The notes under the pieces: generated by a model
Database searches by the model: none
The model's input: the letters and a program-made list of their open reading frames with translations, nothing else
Told to the model about the DNA's origin: nothing
Made by a program: the position numbers and the translations under genes
Shown here: positions 38,489 to 49,331 of the stretch, one piece after another
Numbering within the stretch: the first letter of the stretch is position 1
How the letters are laid out: each line of letters opens with the position of its first letter
Assembly: GCA_003649205.1 (NCBI GenBank)
Contig: QMRC01000003.1
Coordinates: forward strand, 96,001-160,000
Length of the DNA: 64,000 bases
Source: Thermoprotei archaeon
Lineage (GTDB): Archaea; Thermoproteota; Thermoprotei; Thermoproteales; B15-G16
Direction of reading: 5' to 3'

Positions 38489-39373
38489 ATGTATAGGGGT
38501 AGGAGATCGGTAGTGAATCCGTACTCGTATAGAATTAAGAGAGCATTGATGAAGGCTGTGATATATGGTGTTATGACTGCTGCTACGATACCACTCATAA
38601 TGATGTACCTATGGCTCTTCATGCAGTCAATCAGTGATAGGGTACTAGTTGGTTTCATACCGACAAACTTCTCGATCAGGGGCTGGAGATTCTTATGGCA
38701 GGAGATCAAGTTTGGTGAAGTCACTATACCGATGATATGGCCTATAGCACTGAACTCACTAATCATAGCAGGTGGTGTTACGGTCTTTGAGGTATCGATT
38801 GCTCTACTAGCTGGTTATGCTCTCTCAAGAATAGAGTTCCCACTTAGAGACAAGATGCTACTCCTCATAATAGCACTACACGCCTTCCCTGGTATCACAC
38901 TTCTCATAGCTACATTCTACCTACTCCACCTAATGGGTCTGATCAATACGCTATTTGGCGTCATAATTGCTAAGGCAGCATTCGAAATACCTATGGCGGC
39001 TTGGTTGATTAAGGGATTCTTTGACGCAATACCATGGGATGTCGAGGCATCAGCTCTCGTAGATGGATGTAGTAGGTTACAGGCCTGGAGGAAGGTAATT
39101 CTACCTCTGGTCAAGCCAGGTATAGCTGCTGTATCGATCTTTGCATTTCTAGCAGGCTGGAATGAGTTCATATTCGCATACACATTCCTCTTCGATCCCA
39201 ACCTCTTCCCACTATCAGTTCACGTACTCAACCTAATTGGTGAGTTTAGGTACGTAGACTACTCACTACTAGCAGCAACAGCACTATTCTACTGTATACC
39301 ACCCTTAGTCTTCTTCGTCTTAACTCAGAAGTATCTCATGCAGGTTCAGGTTGGTGGTGTTAAGGGTGCTTAA
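38489..39373 (+). CDS. Carbohydrate ABC permease
   Basis: EASALVDGCS, WNEF; GGGGGTGA RBS. Confidence 0.92.
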   Translation: MYRGRRSVVNPYSYRIKRALMKAVIYGVMTAATIPLIMMYLWLFMQSISDRVLVGFIPTNFSIRGWRFLWQEIKFGEVTIPMIWPIALNSLIIAGGVTVFEVSIALLAGYALSRIEFPLRDKMLLLIIALHAFPGITLLIATFYLLHLMGLINTLFGVIIAKAAFEIPMAAWLIKGFFDAIPWDVEASALVDGCSRLQAWRKVILPLVKPGIAAVSIFAFLAGWNEFIFAYTFLFDPNLFPLSVHVLNLIGEFRYVDYSLLAATALFYCIPPLVFFVLTQKYLMQVQVGGVKGA

Positions 39374-39381
39374 TCTAGGAG

Positions 39382-40488
39382 GTGAGGTATGTGGTTAGTG
39401 TGAGGTTAGTTGATCTCTGTAAGTACTTCGGTAGTGTTAAGGCTGTAGATGGTTTAAACCTAGAGATTAAGGATGGTGAATTCGTTGTATTGCTAGGTCC
39501 CTCTGGTTGTGGTAAGACAACAACTCTCTTCTGTATAGCTGGCATCTACAAACCGACTAAGGGTAGGATATACTTCGATGAGATTGATGTAACAGACTGG
39601 CCTCCTAAGGACCGGAACATAGGTATGGTCTTTCAGAGCTATGCACTGTACCCACACATGACCGTGTTTGACAACATAGCGTTTCCACTGAAGTTAAAGA
39701 AGTTACCTAAGCAGGAGATCGCTAGGAGGGTTAGGGAAGTTGCTAAGATGCTTCAGATAGATCACCTACTGGATAGGTACCCAGCACAGCTCTCTGGTGG
39801 TCAGCAGCAGAGAGTAGCACTAGCAAGAGCACTTGTGAAGCAACCTGATGTCTTCCTCCTAGACGAGCCACTTAGCAACCTAGATGCTAAGTTGAGGATA
39901 CTTATGAGAGCTGAGTTGAAGAGACTTCAGAAGGAGCTCAAGATAACTACTGTCTACGTAACGCACGACCAAGCAGAAGCTATGACCTTAGCTGACAGGA
40001 TTGCAGTCATGAATGAGGGTAAGCTACAGCAGTATGGCCCACCTGATGAGATCTACAATAGACCAGCGAATGTGTTCGTTGCTGGATTCATAGGTGCACC
40101 ACCAATGAACTTACTCGATTGCTCACTGGTGGAGAGAGATGGTAGGTATGTACTTGACTTCACGTCATTTGAGATAGAGCTACCTAGAGAGCTAGGTGAA
40201 GTCGTTAGGTCTAGAGCTAGTAGTAGCGAGGTAGTGTTCGGTGTTAGACCAGAAGACCTCAAGATAAGTAAGGGACCAGCTACATCAGCTATCAAGGGTG
40301 TAGTGTACGTTACAGAACCACTTGGTAGGGAGGTCATAGTCAACGTCAGGATTGGTGATCACATAATTAAGGTCATTGAATCCGCATCAACAGCCTCAGA
40401 AATTGCAGCAGGTCAAGAAGTATGGGTCGTACTTGACTTCAACAGGGTACACATATTCGATAGGAAAACAGGCAAACTAGTTGTATAA
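39382..40488 (+). CDS. MalK/UgpC-type ABC ATPase
   Basis: GPSGCGKTT, VFQSYALYPHM, LSGGQQQR, DEPLSNLD, TOBE tail; start probably GTG 39391. Confidence 0.95.
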   Translation: MRYVVSVRLVDLCKYFGSVKAVDGLNLEIKDGEFVVLLGPSGCGKTTTLFCIAGIYKPTKGRIYFDEIDVTDWPPKDRNIGMVFQSYALYPHMTVFDNIAFPLKLKKLPKQEIARRVREVAKMLQIDHLLDRYPAQLSGGQQQRVALARALVKQPDVFLLDEPLSNLDAKLRILMRAELKRLQKELKITTVYVTHDQAEAMTLADRIAVMNEGKLQQYGPPDEIYNRPANVFVAGFIGAPPMNLLDCSLVERDGRYVLDFTSFEIELPRELGEVVRSRASSSEVVFGVRPEDLKISKGPATSAIKGVVYVTEPLGREVIVNVRIGDHIIKVIESASTASEIAAGQEVWVVLDFNRVHIFDRKTGKLVV

Positions 40489-40490
40489 GT

Positions 40491-41147
40491 ATGTTGAAAC
40501 CACTAGTGATAGCTCATGCGTGTAACTCACTCGGTAGGGTAGCAAAGTGTATCTCACAGGGTGCTAATGTCATTGAGATTGATGTATATTCGTACGGTGG
40601 AGAGTTAATTGCGTACCACCCACCAGATCCAGTAGTTCCAGTATCTAGAGTTAAGAGGTTCATAGAGTCAATTAGGTACAGCGTAAAGCGATCTAGAGCA
40701 CCTAAGCTGAGGGACTTACTAAGTGAAGTGTTGAAGTACCCTATCGGTATCTGGCTAGACCTCAAGGTACCAAGGATAGAGGATTCAGTGTGTAAGTTAG
40801 TTATGGAGTTGGGTATCTCAGATGAGAGACTCTACTTCTCATCAGCTTACCACTACTCGCTAAGAGTAATCAAGGAGCTACTACCTAAGTCACGGACATT
40901 TATTAGTCTCAGTGAGAGACCTGTCGACCCATACTACGTAGCTAAGTGTGCTCAGGCGGATGGTGTATCTATAAGGATTGACTTTCTAGATCGAGAACTA
41001 GTTGAGCAACTACATACACACGGTATAAAGGTCGTTGTGTGGACTCTAAATGATGAGGGTCAGATCATCAATGCGGTGAAGCTAGGTGTTGACGGTATCG
41101 TTACCGACATTCCAGAGCTGGTGAAAAGGCTCTTAAGTGGGTACTGA
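40491..41147 (+). CDS. Glycerophosphodiester phosphodiesterase family protein
   Basis: VIAH, EIDV, LDLK, VVWTLND, GVDGIVTD.P. Confidence 0.85.
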   Translation: MLKPLVIAHACNSLGRVAKCISQGANVIEIDVYSYGGELIAYHPPDPVVPVSRVKRFIESIRYSVKRSRAPKLRDLLSEVLKYPIGIWLDLKVPRIEDSVCKLVMELGISDERLYFSSAYHYSLRVIKELLPKSRTFISLSERPVDPYYVAKCAQADGVSIRIDFLDRELVEQLHTHGIKVVVWTLNDEGQIINAVKLGVDGIVTDIPELVKRLLSGY

Positions 41148-41187
41148 TTTATCTTCATCAAGTACGTACTCTACTCGAGGTGGGTAC

Positions 41188-42342
41188 ATGTACTTCAGGT
41201 ACTACTGTCCAACTGAGGTAATATTCGGTAGAGGATCTATCAAGGAGGTAGGTCAAGTAGTTAGGAACTTCGGTTCAAGAGCACTCTTAGTAGTTGGTAG
41301 GAGATTCGCTAAGGAATCAGGTTACCTCGATAAGATAACCAAGCTACTTCAAGAAGCTGGAGTAGAGGTCCATGTATTCAGCGGCGTTGAACCCAATCCA
41401 TCAACTGAAACAGCACAGAGATGTAGTGAATTCGCTAGGGAGAGAGGTAGTGAGGTCATAGTTGCCTTTGGTGGTGGTAGTGTAATTGATGTGGGTAAGG
41501 CAGCTGCTGTAGTAGCTGTTCAAGGTGGTAGAGTCGAGGAGTACCTCTACCCTAAGGTAGTTACAGGTAACGCACTACCAATCGTAGCAATACCAACGAC
41601 CTGTGGTACAGGCAGTGAGGTAACGAAGAACTCAGTACTGACCATAGTTAAGGAGAAGAGGAAGGTAGTAGTTGTCGGTCCAGCGATAATACCTAAGGTA
41701 GCTATAGTGGATCCCGACGTCATTAGGTACCTACCACCTAAGCTAATTACGTGGACAGCAATGGACGCACTCTCACATGCACTAGAAGCATACGTATCCA
41801 AGAGATCAACACCAATATCCGATGTGCTAGCACTCGAAGCCATTAAACTCATCATAGAGAATGTGGAGAGAGCAGCAAAGGGTGATGAAACCGCACAAGA
41901 GAAGCTACACCTAGCAGCAACACTAGCTGGAATGGCAATAAACGTAGCAGGGACAGTACTCGTACACGCAATGGGGTACTACCTCACAACACACCACGAC
42001 GTACATCATGGACTAGCAAACGCATTAACACTACCGTACGTACTTGAGCTAGATCTACAGCACATACCCAGAGACAAAGTAGAGAAACTACTACACCTAC
42101 TAAACGTAGAAACAGTACAAGACCTCATAATCAAGCTCTGTAAACTTCTCGATAGAGTAGAGATACCAAATAGCGTAAAAGATGTAGGAGTTCAAGAAGA
42201 AGAGCTAGAAACCTACGTAAAGCACACACTAGGGTACCGAAGAAATCTAGAAAACAACCCAATAGAAGTAACCGAGGACATAGTACGAAATCTCATAAGT
42301 AAGGCACTGAGTGGTAGAAAAGGAACATATAGGTATCACTAG
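41188..42342 (+). CDS. Iron-containing alcohol dehydrogenase
   Basis: PNP, GGGSVID, IPTTCGTGSE, DALSHALE, HAMG, HGLAN; GAGGTG RBS. Confidence 0.92.
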   Translation: MYFRYYCPTEVIFGRGSIKEVGQVVRNFGSRALLVVGRRFAKESGYLDKITKLLQEAGVEVHVFSGVEPNPSTETAQRCSEFARERGSEVIVAFGGGSVIDVGKAAAVVAVQGGRVEEYLYPKVVTGNALPIVAIPTTCGTGSEVTKNSVLTIVKEKRKVVVVGPAIIPKVAIVDPDVIRYLPPKLITWTAMDALSHALEAYVSKRSTPISDVLALEAIKLIIENVERAAKGDETAQEKLHLAATLAGMAINVAGTVLVHAMGYYLTTHHDVHHGLANALTLPYVLELDLQHIPRDKVEKLLHLLNVETVQDLIIKLCKLLDRVEIPNSVKDVGVQEEELETYVKHTLGYRRNLENNPIEVTEDIVRNLISKALSGRKGTYRYH

Positions 42343-42471
42343 CGTTATACCTAGCTTCAGAAGCAATACAATTCCCACAATATATCATGAAATTAACAAA
42401 CTAGGAATATAGCTTGAGTAGTATTGCATAGCGGTGTTATACATAGAATTGTGTAAGTCAAGAGATAACGA

Positions 42472-43116
42472 ATGTATCCGGATAGGAAAACCATGAAACC
42501 TTTATATACGTTGATAATAGCTGGATGTACGTCAATAATCTCTGCATTCCTAGGATTCTTCTCAGGATACGGATTTGCTAGGTACAGAGTTGATGGTCCA
42601 CACCTACTATTCTGGATACTATCGATTAGGTTCCTACCACCGGTAGTAGCTGTCATACCTTACTACCTACTCTTCAGAGCACTAGGAATTCTCGACACGT
42701 ACCCAGCGGTCATAATACCACATCTATGTATCGGAATTCCGTTTGCTGTGTGGTTGATGAGGAGCTTCATCATGAGCATACCTGTAGAACTTGAGGAGGC
42801 AGCGTTAGTCGACGGTTGTAGTAGGTTTACCGTGCTCTTCAAGATAGTGTTTCCACTAGCTCTACCAGGGTTCCTCATTACGGTACTATTCACCTTCATC
42901 TGGTCGTGGAACGAGTTCATGTATGCACTAATACTGACAGACGTCAATGTCAGGGTAATGACTGTAACCATCGCTGGTATGAGGGAAGCTCATGGACTTA
43001 TGTGGGGTGCTGTGTCCGCAGCAGCTACGATAGCTACGTTACCGACAATAGCTCTTGCCATACTCCTTCAGAAGTACTTGGTTAGTGGTCTAGCATTCTT
43101 CACACCTAGAAGGTAG
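42472..43116 (+). pseudogene. N-terminally truncated MalG-type permease
   Basis: EEAALVDGCS and WNEF present, but it begins at the second TM and lacks about 70 aa compared with 30722..31585. Confidence 0.6.
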
Positions 43117-44073
43117 ATCCTTCTGCTTTTTCTCTACCTCCTCTATCAGCTTCCTCAAGTACTGTACTGAGACTCTATACCCTTCCTCACCGTACTTATC
43201 CGAAAGCTCGATGATTAATGCTCCGCGGTATCTCTGGAATACTCTGTTCACTACCTGTACCCACGGTATATCTCCCCACCCTAGTGGTAGGTGTAGGTCG
43301 CCAAATCCATAGGCTACATTGTGTTCTGGGAAGTATGGGTGGTAGAGTCCGTAGTTATCGCTTAGGTGCATGTGTATGGTATGTGGTAATGCTTCTTCCA
43401 TTGCTTTGAGGAAGTTGAAGTTGAGTGCTTTTGAGCATATGTAGAGGTGTCCTATGTCGAGTGTGATACCGAGGTTATCTCTCTTGGCTTTCACTACTAC
43501 GTAAAGTAGTTCACTTACTCTTCGACAGAGATGTGTTAGTCCTAGATCACCGTTCTCTAGACCTATGGTAATTCCGTAGTCTCTAGCTAGGTCACAGCAC
43601 TTAGTTAGGTTCTGTGCTAGTTGATTTAGTGCTCTGTACTTTTCCTCCTCACTTAGCTCTACGTAAGTTATGTTTCTAGGTCCTGCCCACATTACTCTCT
43701 GTAGTTCTTGCTCTGGTGGTATGATGTAGCCACTGTGAAGTACCATGATTTTAGCATCTAGTTCTTGACCTAGTTCCATACATGACTTGATTACTTCTAG
43801 TGAGTACTTTAGTAGATGTGTGTCAAGTATATTCACTTCGTCAGGTATGTGTATGGTGTACTTGAATCTGTATGGAGAGAGAAGGTCGAGTAGTTTCTGT
43901 ACGTTTTCTCTAGCTAGTTTCCTACCTATGATTAGGTTGAACTTATGTGGAGATATCTCCAGCACCTCGATATTGAGTTCGCTGAAGAAGTTAAGCCACT
44001 TAGCAATCTTCTTCATTCCTTCGGTGGTTAACCAAATTGACATTGGTAGGAAGTTCACACCTATTGGGTTCAC
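43090..44073 (-). CDS. Sugar phosphate isomerase/epimerase (xylose-isomerase-like TIM barrel)
   Basis: VLHSG, GLEN, LDIGH, HMHLSDN, DLHLPLGWG, IIE. Confidence 0.85.
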   Translation of the reverse strand: MNPIGVNFLPMSIWLTTEGMKKIAKWLNFFSELNIEVLEISPHKFNLIIGRKLARENVQKLLDLLSPYRFKYTIHIPDEVNILDTHLLKYSLEVIKSCMELGQELDAKIMVLHSGYIIPPEQELQRVMWAGPRNITYVELSEEEKYRALNQLAQNLTKCCDLARDYGITIGLENGDLGLTHLCRRVSELLYVVVKAKRDNLGITLDIGHLYICSKALNFNFLKAMEEALPHTIHMHLSDNYGLYHPYFPEHNVAYGFGDLHLPLGWGDIPWVQVVNRVFQRYRGALIIELSDKYGEEGYRVSVQYLRKLIEEVEKKQKDLPSRCEEC

Positions 44074-44125
44074 GTTTACACCTGAGTTGGTTAACGTTAA
44101 TAAGTGAATTCTCCTTGTTGTCGAT

Positions 44126-44527
44126 GTGGTGAGATATGTGAAGATTAAGGTGAGAATAACTTCTGAATCTACTGGTGTTGTTGAGGCTGAGCTATTCGAT
44201 GATCTTAGTCCAAATACCTTCAGGAAGATCGTTGAAGCTCTACCATTTGAAGGTGTAGCACGTAGGTGGGGTGATGAAGTTTACTTTGAGATCCCCGTCC
44301 ATGTTCCTGAGGAAAATGCTGTTGAAATAGTTGAGAAAGGTACAGTTGCTTACTGGCCACCAGGGCACTCGCTATGCATCTTCTGGGGACCTACACCAGC
44401 TAGTAGACACCCCGATGAGATTAGACCTGCTAGTCCTGTGAACGTGGTTGGTAGAGTCTTAGGTGATCCGACAGTGTTCTCTAGGGTTAAGTATGGTGAG
44501 AGGATTAGAGTTGAGAGAGCTGAGTAA
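44126..44527 (+). CDS. Cyclophilin-like fold protein (DUF369)
   Basis: WGDEVYF, AYWPPG..LCIFWGPTP, PASPVNVVG. Confidence 0.85.
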   Translation: MVRYVKIKVRITSESTGVVEAELFDDLSPNTFRKIVEALPFEGVARRWGDEVYFEIPVHVPEENAVEIVEKGTVAYWPPGHSLCIFWGPTPASRHPDEIRPASPVNVVGRVLGDPTVFSRVKYGERIRVERAE

Positions 44528-45682
44528 TTACTCGACCACGGCACCTGGTTCAAGTACTTTACCTGCAGGTACTCTAGCTCCTTTACCTATGTAGGAACCA
44601 AGCTTCATGATCTTTCTACCTCTTCTCACTACCTCGATTGGTCTCTCTTTCCAAATTCTTTCTTTCATGATAACCTTAGTCACTACATTTGGTTCAATAA
44701 CTGCTTCACTACCAACGACACTAAAGCCTAAGTACGTAGCTCTTCCGATAGTTGCTCTAGGTTGAATTGAAGACCACGTTACCTCAGTGAATGAGAATAT
44801 TGTTGACTCCTCTTCAACTGTTGTGTAATCTCTCACAAGTGTATGAGTAGCTACGTAGCTATTCCTACCGATGTACACCGGTCCCTTAATAACTGCATGG
44901 TGCTCTATCTCTGCTCCATCCTCAATAACTACAGGACCCTCAATAACAGCTGTCGAAGCTATCCTCGCTCTACTCGATATGAAGCTCCTCTCTAGAGAAC
45001 TCAATACGAAGTAGTTTGCTCTCAAGAGATCCCAGGGAAAACCAATATCAACCCACCAACCACTCCAAATAGATGACCTAACTCTCCTCAACTTAATTAA
45101 CTTCGACATAGCTACCTCAAAGTTCTCATACTGCTCGAGAAGTTTGAAGAACTCGGTATTGACTATCATCAAGCCACCAAATGCGTAGTAACCCTCAAGC
45201 TCTCGACTAGGTTTCTCAATGAATTCCGTAACAAAGCCTTCAGCATCTACTCTAACAGCTCCATAGAGTCTAACATCCTCTTCAGGGACCAGCATCAGGG
45301 TACTGGTGCTGTAGGCTAGGAAGGAACTGAGTATTGTCTCAACACCTTCTTTCGGTAGCAATGTATCTCCGTAGTAGATGAGTACATAACCTCTAACATA
45401 GTCCTTAACCGATAGGAGCGCAGCTTCAACACCTACACCACACTGCTCAATAACCTCAAGCTCTAGACCTAATCTCCTATACCTCTCAAGAACTGGCTCA
45501 AGGGCACCAGGTCTATCTGTAACGACAAGAACTCTCCTCATATTTAGCTCAAGCAAGTTACCCAGTACATACTCAATAACTGCTCTACCAGCTATCCTCA
45601 GCAGTACCTTAGGCTCTCCCCTAGTCAATAGCTGGAGACCAGTACCAGGACCACCCGCCAGCACGATGACAGGTAGCGACAT
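44528..45682 (-). CDS. Sugar-phosphate nucleotidyltransferase with hexapeptide repeats (GlmU-like)
   Basis: LAGGPGTGL...PK, YGD, FIEKP, WVDIG.PWD, left-handed beta-helix. Confidence 0.85.
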   Translation of the reverse strand: MSLPVIVLAGGPGTGLQLLTRGEPKVLLRIAGRAVIEYVLGNLLELNMRRVLVVTDRPGALEPVLERYRRLGLELEVIEQCGVGVEAALLSVKDYVRGYVLIYYGDTLLPKEGVETILSSFLAYSTSTLMLVPEEDVRLYGAVRVDAEGFVTEFIEKPSRELEGYYAFGGLMIVNTEFFKLLEQYENFEVAMSKLIKLRRVRSSIWSGWWVDIGFPWDLLRANYFVLSSLERSFISSRARIASTAVIEGPVVIEDGAEIEHHAVIKGPVYIGRNSYVATHTLVRDYTTVEEESTIFSFTEVTWSSIQPRATIGRATYLGFSVVGSEAVIEPNVVTKVIMKERIWKERPIEVVRRGRKIMKLGSYIGKGARVPAGKVLEPGAVVE

Positions 45683-45685
45683 TAA

Positions 45686-47551
45686 CTACATCACCGTCAC
45701 AGTCTTAGCTAGGTTCCTCGGCTTATCAGGATCAAAACCTCTCTGAGTAGCTGTGTAGTAAGCAATTAACTGGTAAGGAACTATGTAAGGTATAGTAGCT
45801 ACGTACGGGCTCAACCTAGGTAACTCAATAACGACTTCAGGTAGCCTCCTAACTCTACTACCTCTAGGACATATAGCTATTGTCCAGGCACCTCTAGCCC
45901 TCATCTCCTCGATATTACCACCAATGATCTCCTCATCATAACCACCGAGAACAGTGAAGAATACTGGGAATCCAGGCTCTACAAGAGCTATTGGACCATG
46001 CTTACTCTCACCAGCTGGATAAGCCTCAGCATGTATGTACGCTATCTCCTTTAACTTCAGTGCACCCTCCATAGAAATCGGTACGCCTAACCACCTACCT
46101 AAGAAGTAAGCACTCCGCTTACTAGCGACCTCTCTAGAGAGCTTCCTAGCGATTGGCTCGCACCTAGCGATCACGTACTCAACTACTTCAGGGACCTTCC
46201 TCAATTTAGATAGTAGGTCACGGTAATTATCCTCAGGAAGCGTACCGAGAACCTTACCCAACCTGAGAGCTAGGTACGTGAAGACTACGAGCTGTGTAGT
46301 GAAGGTCTTCGTAGCAGCAACACCGATTTCCGGACCCGCTCTCGTGTATACTTGGATATCTGATTCCCTAGGAATAGCACTATCAATGACATTGGATACA
46401 GCTACTACCTTGGCACCACACCTCTTGGCAACTCTAACAGCGACCAAAGTATCTATGGTTTCACCTGATTGACTAACAGCAATAACGACATCTCTATCAC
46501 TAACCTTCGATAGGTACCACTGAGCTTCAGAAGCTATGATAGCTTGCGAGAATACACCAGCTAGCTCGTGAAGTAGGTAGCTACCTGTGAGCGATGCGTG
46601 GTAGCTAGTACCTGCACCAATGATGAATACGTGATCAGCACGTCTAATCAACTCAACGACCCCATCGATCTCAGGACCGAGACCAGATATCGTGGAGAAT
46701 ATTGCATAGGGCTGCTCGTGAATTTCCTTAAGCATGAAGTGTGGGTAACCACCCTTCTTAGCAGCTTCGAGACTCCACTCAACAACCCTAATCCTCGGTC
46801 TAAACTCAACAACTCTAGATGGAGGAGGTACAGGATCTAGATCCTCACTCTGAGAAATCCCCTCAACAACGACACTACTCGAAGTCACGTAACCAACCTC
46901 GAGATCTCTTAACACAAGCACTCTATTCGTGTACTCGAGGAATGCAGGAATGTCACTCGAGACGAACATCGTACCCTTACCAAAGCCAATTACTAGAGGT
47001 GATGTGTACCTAGCGAAGAATATCTTGTCAGGTTCATCAACGTCGATCATAGCTATAGCGAAGGTACCTCTCAGGATAGATACTGCCTTCTTAAAAGCAT
47101 CGTAGGTAGGTAGACCCCTCCTCTTAAACTCCTCAACAAGATGAGGAATAACCTCCGTATCTGTCTCACTAATGAACCTATGCCCTCTCTCAATAAGCTC
47201 CTCACGAAGCTCAAGGTAGTTCTCGATAATACCATTGTGAACAACAGCAATACCCATATTACAGTCAGTGTGTGGATGAGCATTCACATCAGTAGGAGGA
47301 CCGTGAGTAGCCCACCTAGTGTGCCCAATACCAACAACACCACAGTACCTATCGAAACCAAGCTTCTCACGAACATCATCGATCTTACCTCTACACTTCC
47401 TAACGACCAACCTACCATCAGGAGTGATCACAGCAAAACCAACAGAGTCATAGCCTCTGTACTCAAGGTTCTTGAGACAGCAATACAACACAGTACCTAA
47501 GTTAGCACCTAGAGCGGTAAGTGTAGTCGCAATACCAATGATGCCACACAT
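45686..47551 (-). CDS. glmS: Glutamine-fructose-6-phosphate transaminase
   Basis: MCGI start, EYRGYDS, GHTRWATHG, HNGIIEN, SQSGET, KHGP, PRNLAKTVT. Confidence 0.97.
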   Translation of the reverse strand: MCGIIGIATTLTALGANLGTVLYCCLKNLEYRGYDSVGFAVITPDGRLVVRKCRGKIDDVREKLGFDRYCGVVGIGHTRWATHGPPTDVNAHPHTDCNMGIAVVHNGIIENYLELREELIERGHRFISETDTEVIPHLVEEFKRRGLPTYDAFKKAVSILRGTFAIAMIDVDEPDKIFFARYTSPLVIGFGKGTMFVSSDIPAFLEYTNRVLVLRDLEVGYVTSSSVVVEGISQSEDLDPVPPPSRVVEFRPRIRVVEWSLEAAKKGGYPHFMLKEIHEQPYAIFSTISGLGPEIDGVVELIRRADHVFIIGAGTSYHASLTGSYLLHELAGVFSQAIIASEAQWYLSKVSDRDVVIAVSQSGETIDTLVAVRVAKRCGAKVVAVSNVIDSAIPRESDIQVYTRAGPEIGVAATKTFTTQLVVFTYLALRLGKVLGTLPEDNYRDLLSKLRKVPEVVEYVIARCEPIARKLSREVASKRSAYFLGRWLGVPISMEGALKLKEIAYIHAEAYPAGESKHGPIALVEPGFPVFFTVLGGYDEEIIGGNIEEMRARGAWTIAICPRGSRVRRLPEVVIELPRLSPYVATIPYIVPYQLIAYYTATQRGFDPDKPRNLAKTVTVM

Positions 47552-47651
47552 CGTGAAACCATAGATAAACAACAGTAAATAGTAAATTATCAGTATCTCA
47601 ATCTCACTAAGCAACACAAGAGCAAGTAAGAGAGAACGCGGTGATTGATGT

Positions 47652-48950
47652 GTGCTTCACCTAAGGAATTGTAGATTCGTAGTTACTCATGACCTAGCTA
47701 CAGGTACGATCAAGGTCTTGGAGGAGGTGGACATTAAGGTACGTGAAGACGGCGTAGTGGAGAAGATTGGGAAGAACCTACGTACTGAGAGTGGTTACGA
47801 AGTAGTTGACTGTAGGAGGTACGTGGTGATACCTGGACTAGTCAATGCACACACCCACGTAGCAATGACTTTGCTTAGAGGGTTCTGTGACGATGAGGAG
47901 GTGTGCACTTGGCTACAGCACATGTGGGGGGTAGAGCGCGAGCTAACTCCGGAGGTCGTGAGGTTAGCCTCTGAGCTAGGTATCATGGAGATGCTAAGTA
48001 CAGGGACAACAGCATTCATAGACATGTACTACATGCCAGAGCAAACAGCTGAGGTAGCGGAGAGGTACGGGATAAGAGCAGCACTCGGACCAGTCTTCAT
48101 GGACGTGATGTACAGTGCGAAGAAGGTAGAGAACGACTTAAGAAACCTAGTAACGATGTGTAGAGGGATGAGGTATGTAAGACCTATAGTGAATGTACAC
48201 AGCATTTACACCTGTACGAGAGAGACCTTGGAGCGAGCAAGAGATCTAGCAAGTGAACTCAACCTAAACATACAGATACACATCTCAGAGACGAGACATG
48301 AAGTCTATAGGTGTAGGAAAGAGACAGGGAAATTCCCCATAGAGTACATAGCTGAACTAGGTCTGGTAACGGAGAGAACACAGCTAGTACACCTAGGGTG
48401 GGTAGCTAGCTGGGAGCTTGGTATCATTAGAGATCAAGGAGCAACCGTAACACATTGTCCTGTATCAAGCATGAAGTTAGCGACAGCGGGATTCCTACCA
48501 ATCAAGGAGATGATGAGCATGGGGATAAGGGTGACGATAGGTACAGACGGAGCAGCAAGCAACAACACACTAGACATGTTTAGGGAGTTGAAGGCAGCAG
48601 TACTCCTCCACAGGCACGGATACTGGAGTACAGACATAAATGCACAGCACGTATTCACAGCGGCAACAGTAAGGGGATACGAACTACTCAACATAAAGGG
48701 AGGAGTCATAGCACCTGGATACGTAGCAGACCTCGTACTCATAGACGTAGAGAAAGCACCACTACAACCACTTAGAAGAGACAACGTACTATCAACCCTC
48801 GTATACTGCGTATGTGGAAGAGATGTAGAGATGACGATGGTGAGTGGGAAAGTAGTTTACTGGAGGAAGAGAGATGAAGAGAAATGGAGAGAAAGAGCAA
48901 TGGAGATAGCGAACAAGCTCAACAAGTACATGGAGAAGTACCTGACCTAA
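47652..48950 (+). CDS. Amidohydrolase, MTA/SAH-deaminase (MtaD)-like
   Basis: PGLVNAHTH, HISET, HCP.S.MKL, GTDGAASNN. Confidence 0.85.
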   Translation: MLHLRNCRFVVTHDLATGTIKVLEEVDIKVREDGVVEKIGKNLRTESGYEVVDCRRYVVIPGLVNAHTHVAMTLLRGFCDDEEVCTWLQHMWGVERELTPEVVRLASELGIMEMLSTGTTAFIDMYYMPEQTAEVAERYGIRAALGPVFMDVMYSAKKVENDLRNLVTMCRGMRYVRPIVNVHSIYTCTRETLERARDLASELNLNIQIHISETRHEVYRCRKETGKFPIEYIAELGLVTERTQLVHLGWVASWELGIIRDQGATVTHCPVSSMKLATAGFLPIKEMMSMGIRVTIGTDGAASNNTLDMFRELKAAVLLHRHGYWSTDINAQHVFTAATVRGYELLNIKGGVIAPGYVADLVLIDVEKAPLQPLRRDNVLSTLVYCVCGRDVEMTMVSGKVVYWRKRDEEKWRERAMEIANKLNKYMEKYLT

Positions 48951-48974
48951 GGGTACAGGACCAAGGAACAGTAC

Positions 48975-49331
48975 CTACGAGAACCACCACCTCCTATGCT
49001 TAAGATCAATGACGATACCTAACAACTCAATACACTTAGCGGATAAAATAACCTCATCCTCACCAGGAGCAATAGCGACATAAGCTTCAACACACCTACA
49101 CTCATTATTCATCGAAACCACAACCTCTACCCTCTCACCGAGGTACACGATACCGTACGTAAGAGTAGGACCTCTAAACATCACTTCCCTACCATATCTC
49201 AAGCCCAATTCCGAAGCAACCTCCGGAGGAACAGCAACAACAGGTTCATCACTTTCGAAACCAGTATTCAAAAGAGCATAAGCCTCAACCTCCTTACCAC
49301 ACCTCCTCAACCTAACAGGAATCCTCAACAA
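48975..49331 (-). CDS. Retropepsin-like (clan AA) protein with NTG in place of DTG
   Basis: ALLNTGF...ILS pattern. Confidence 0.7.
   Translation of the reverse strand: MLRIPVRLRRCGKEVEAYALLNTGFESDEPVVAVPPEVASELGLRYGREVMFRGPTLTYGIVYLGERVEVVVSMNNECRCVEAYVAIAPGEDEVILSAKCIELLGIVIDLKHRRWWFS

Noticed and set aside
47552-47617. Hydrophobic N-terminal extension on GlmS
   Set aside because: GlmS requires an N-terminal Cys (MCGI at 47551); the extension is promoter sequence
4838-48784. Many short antisense ORFs in the track (e.g. 11232..11588, 13660..14019, 29224..29628, 48434..48784)
   Set aside because: Nested opposite well-supported genes, with S/T/P-rich shadow composition
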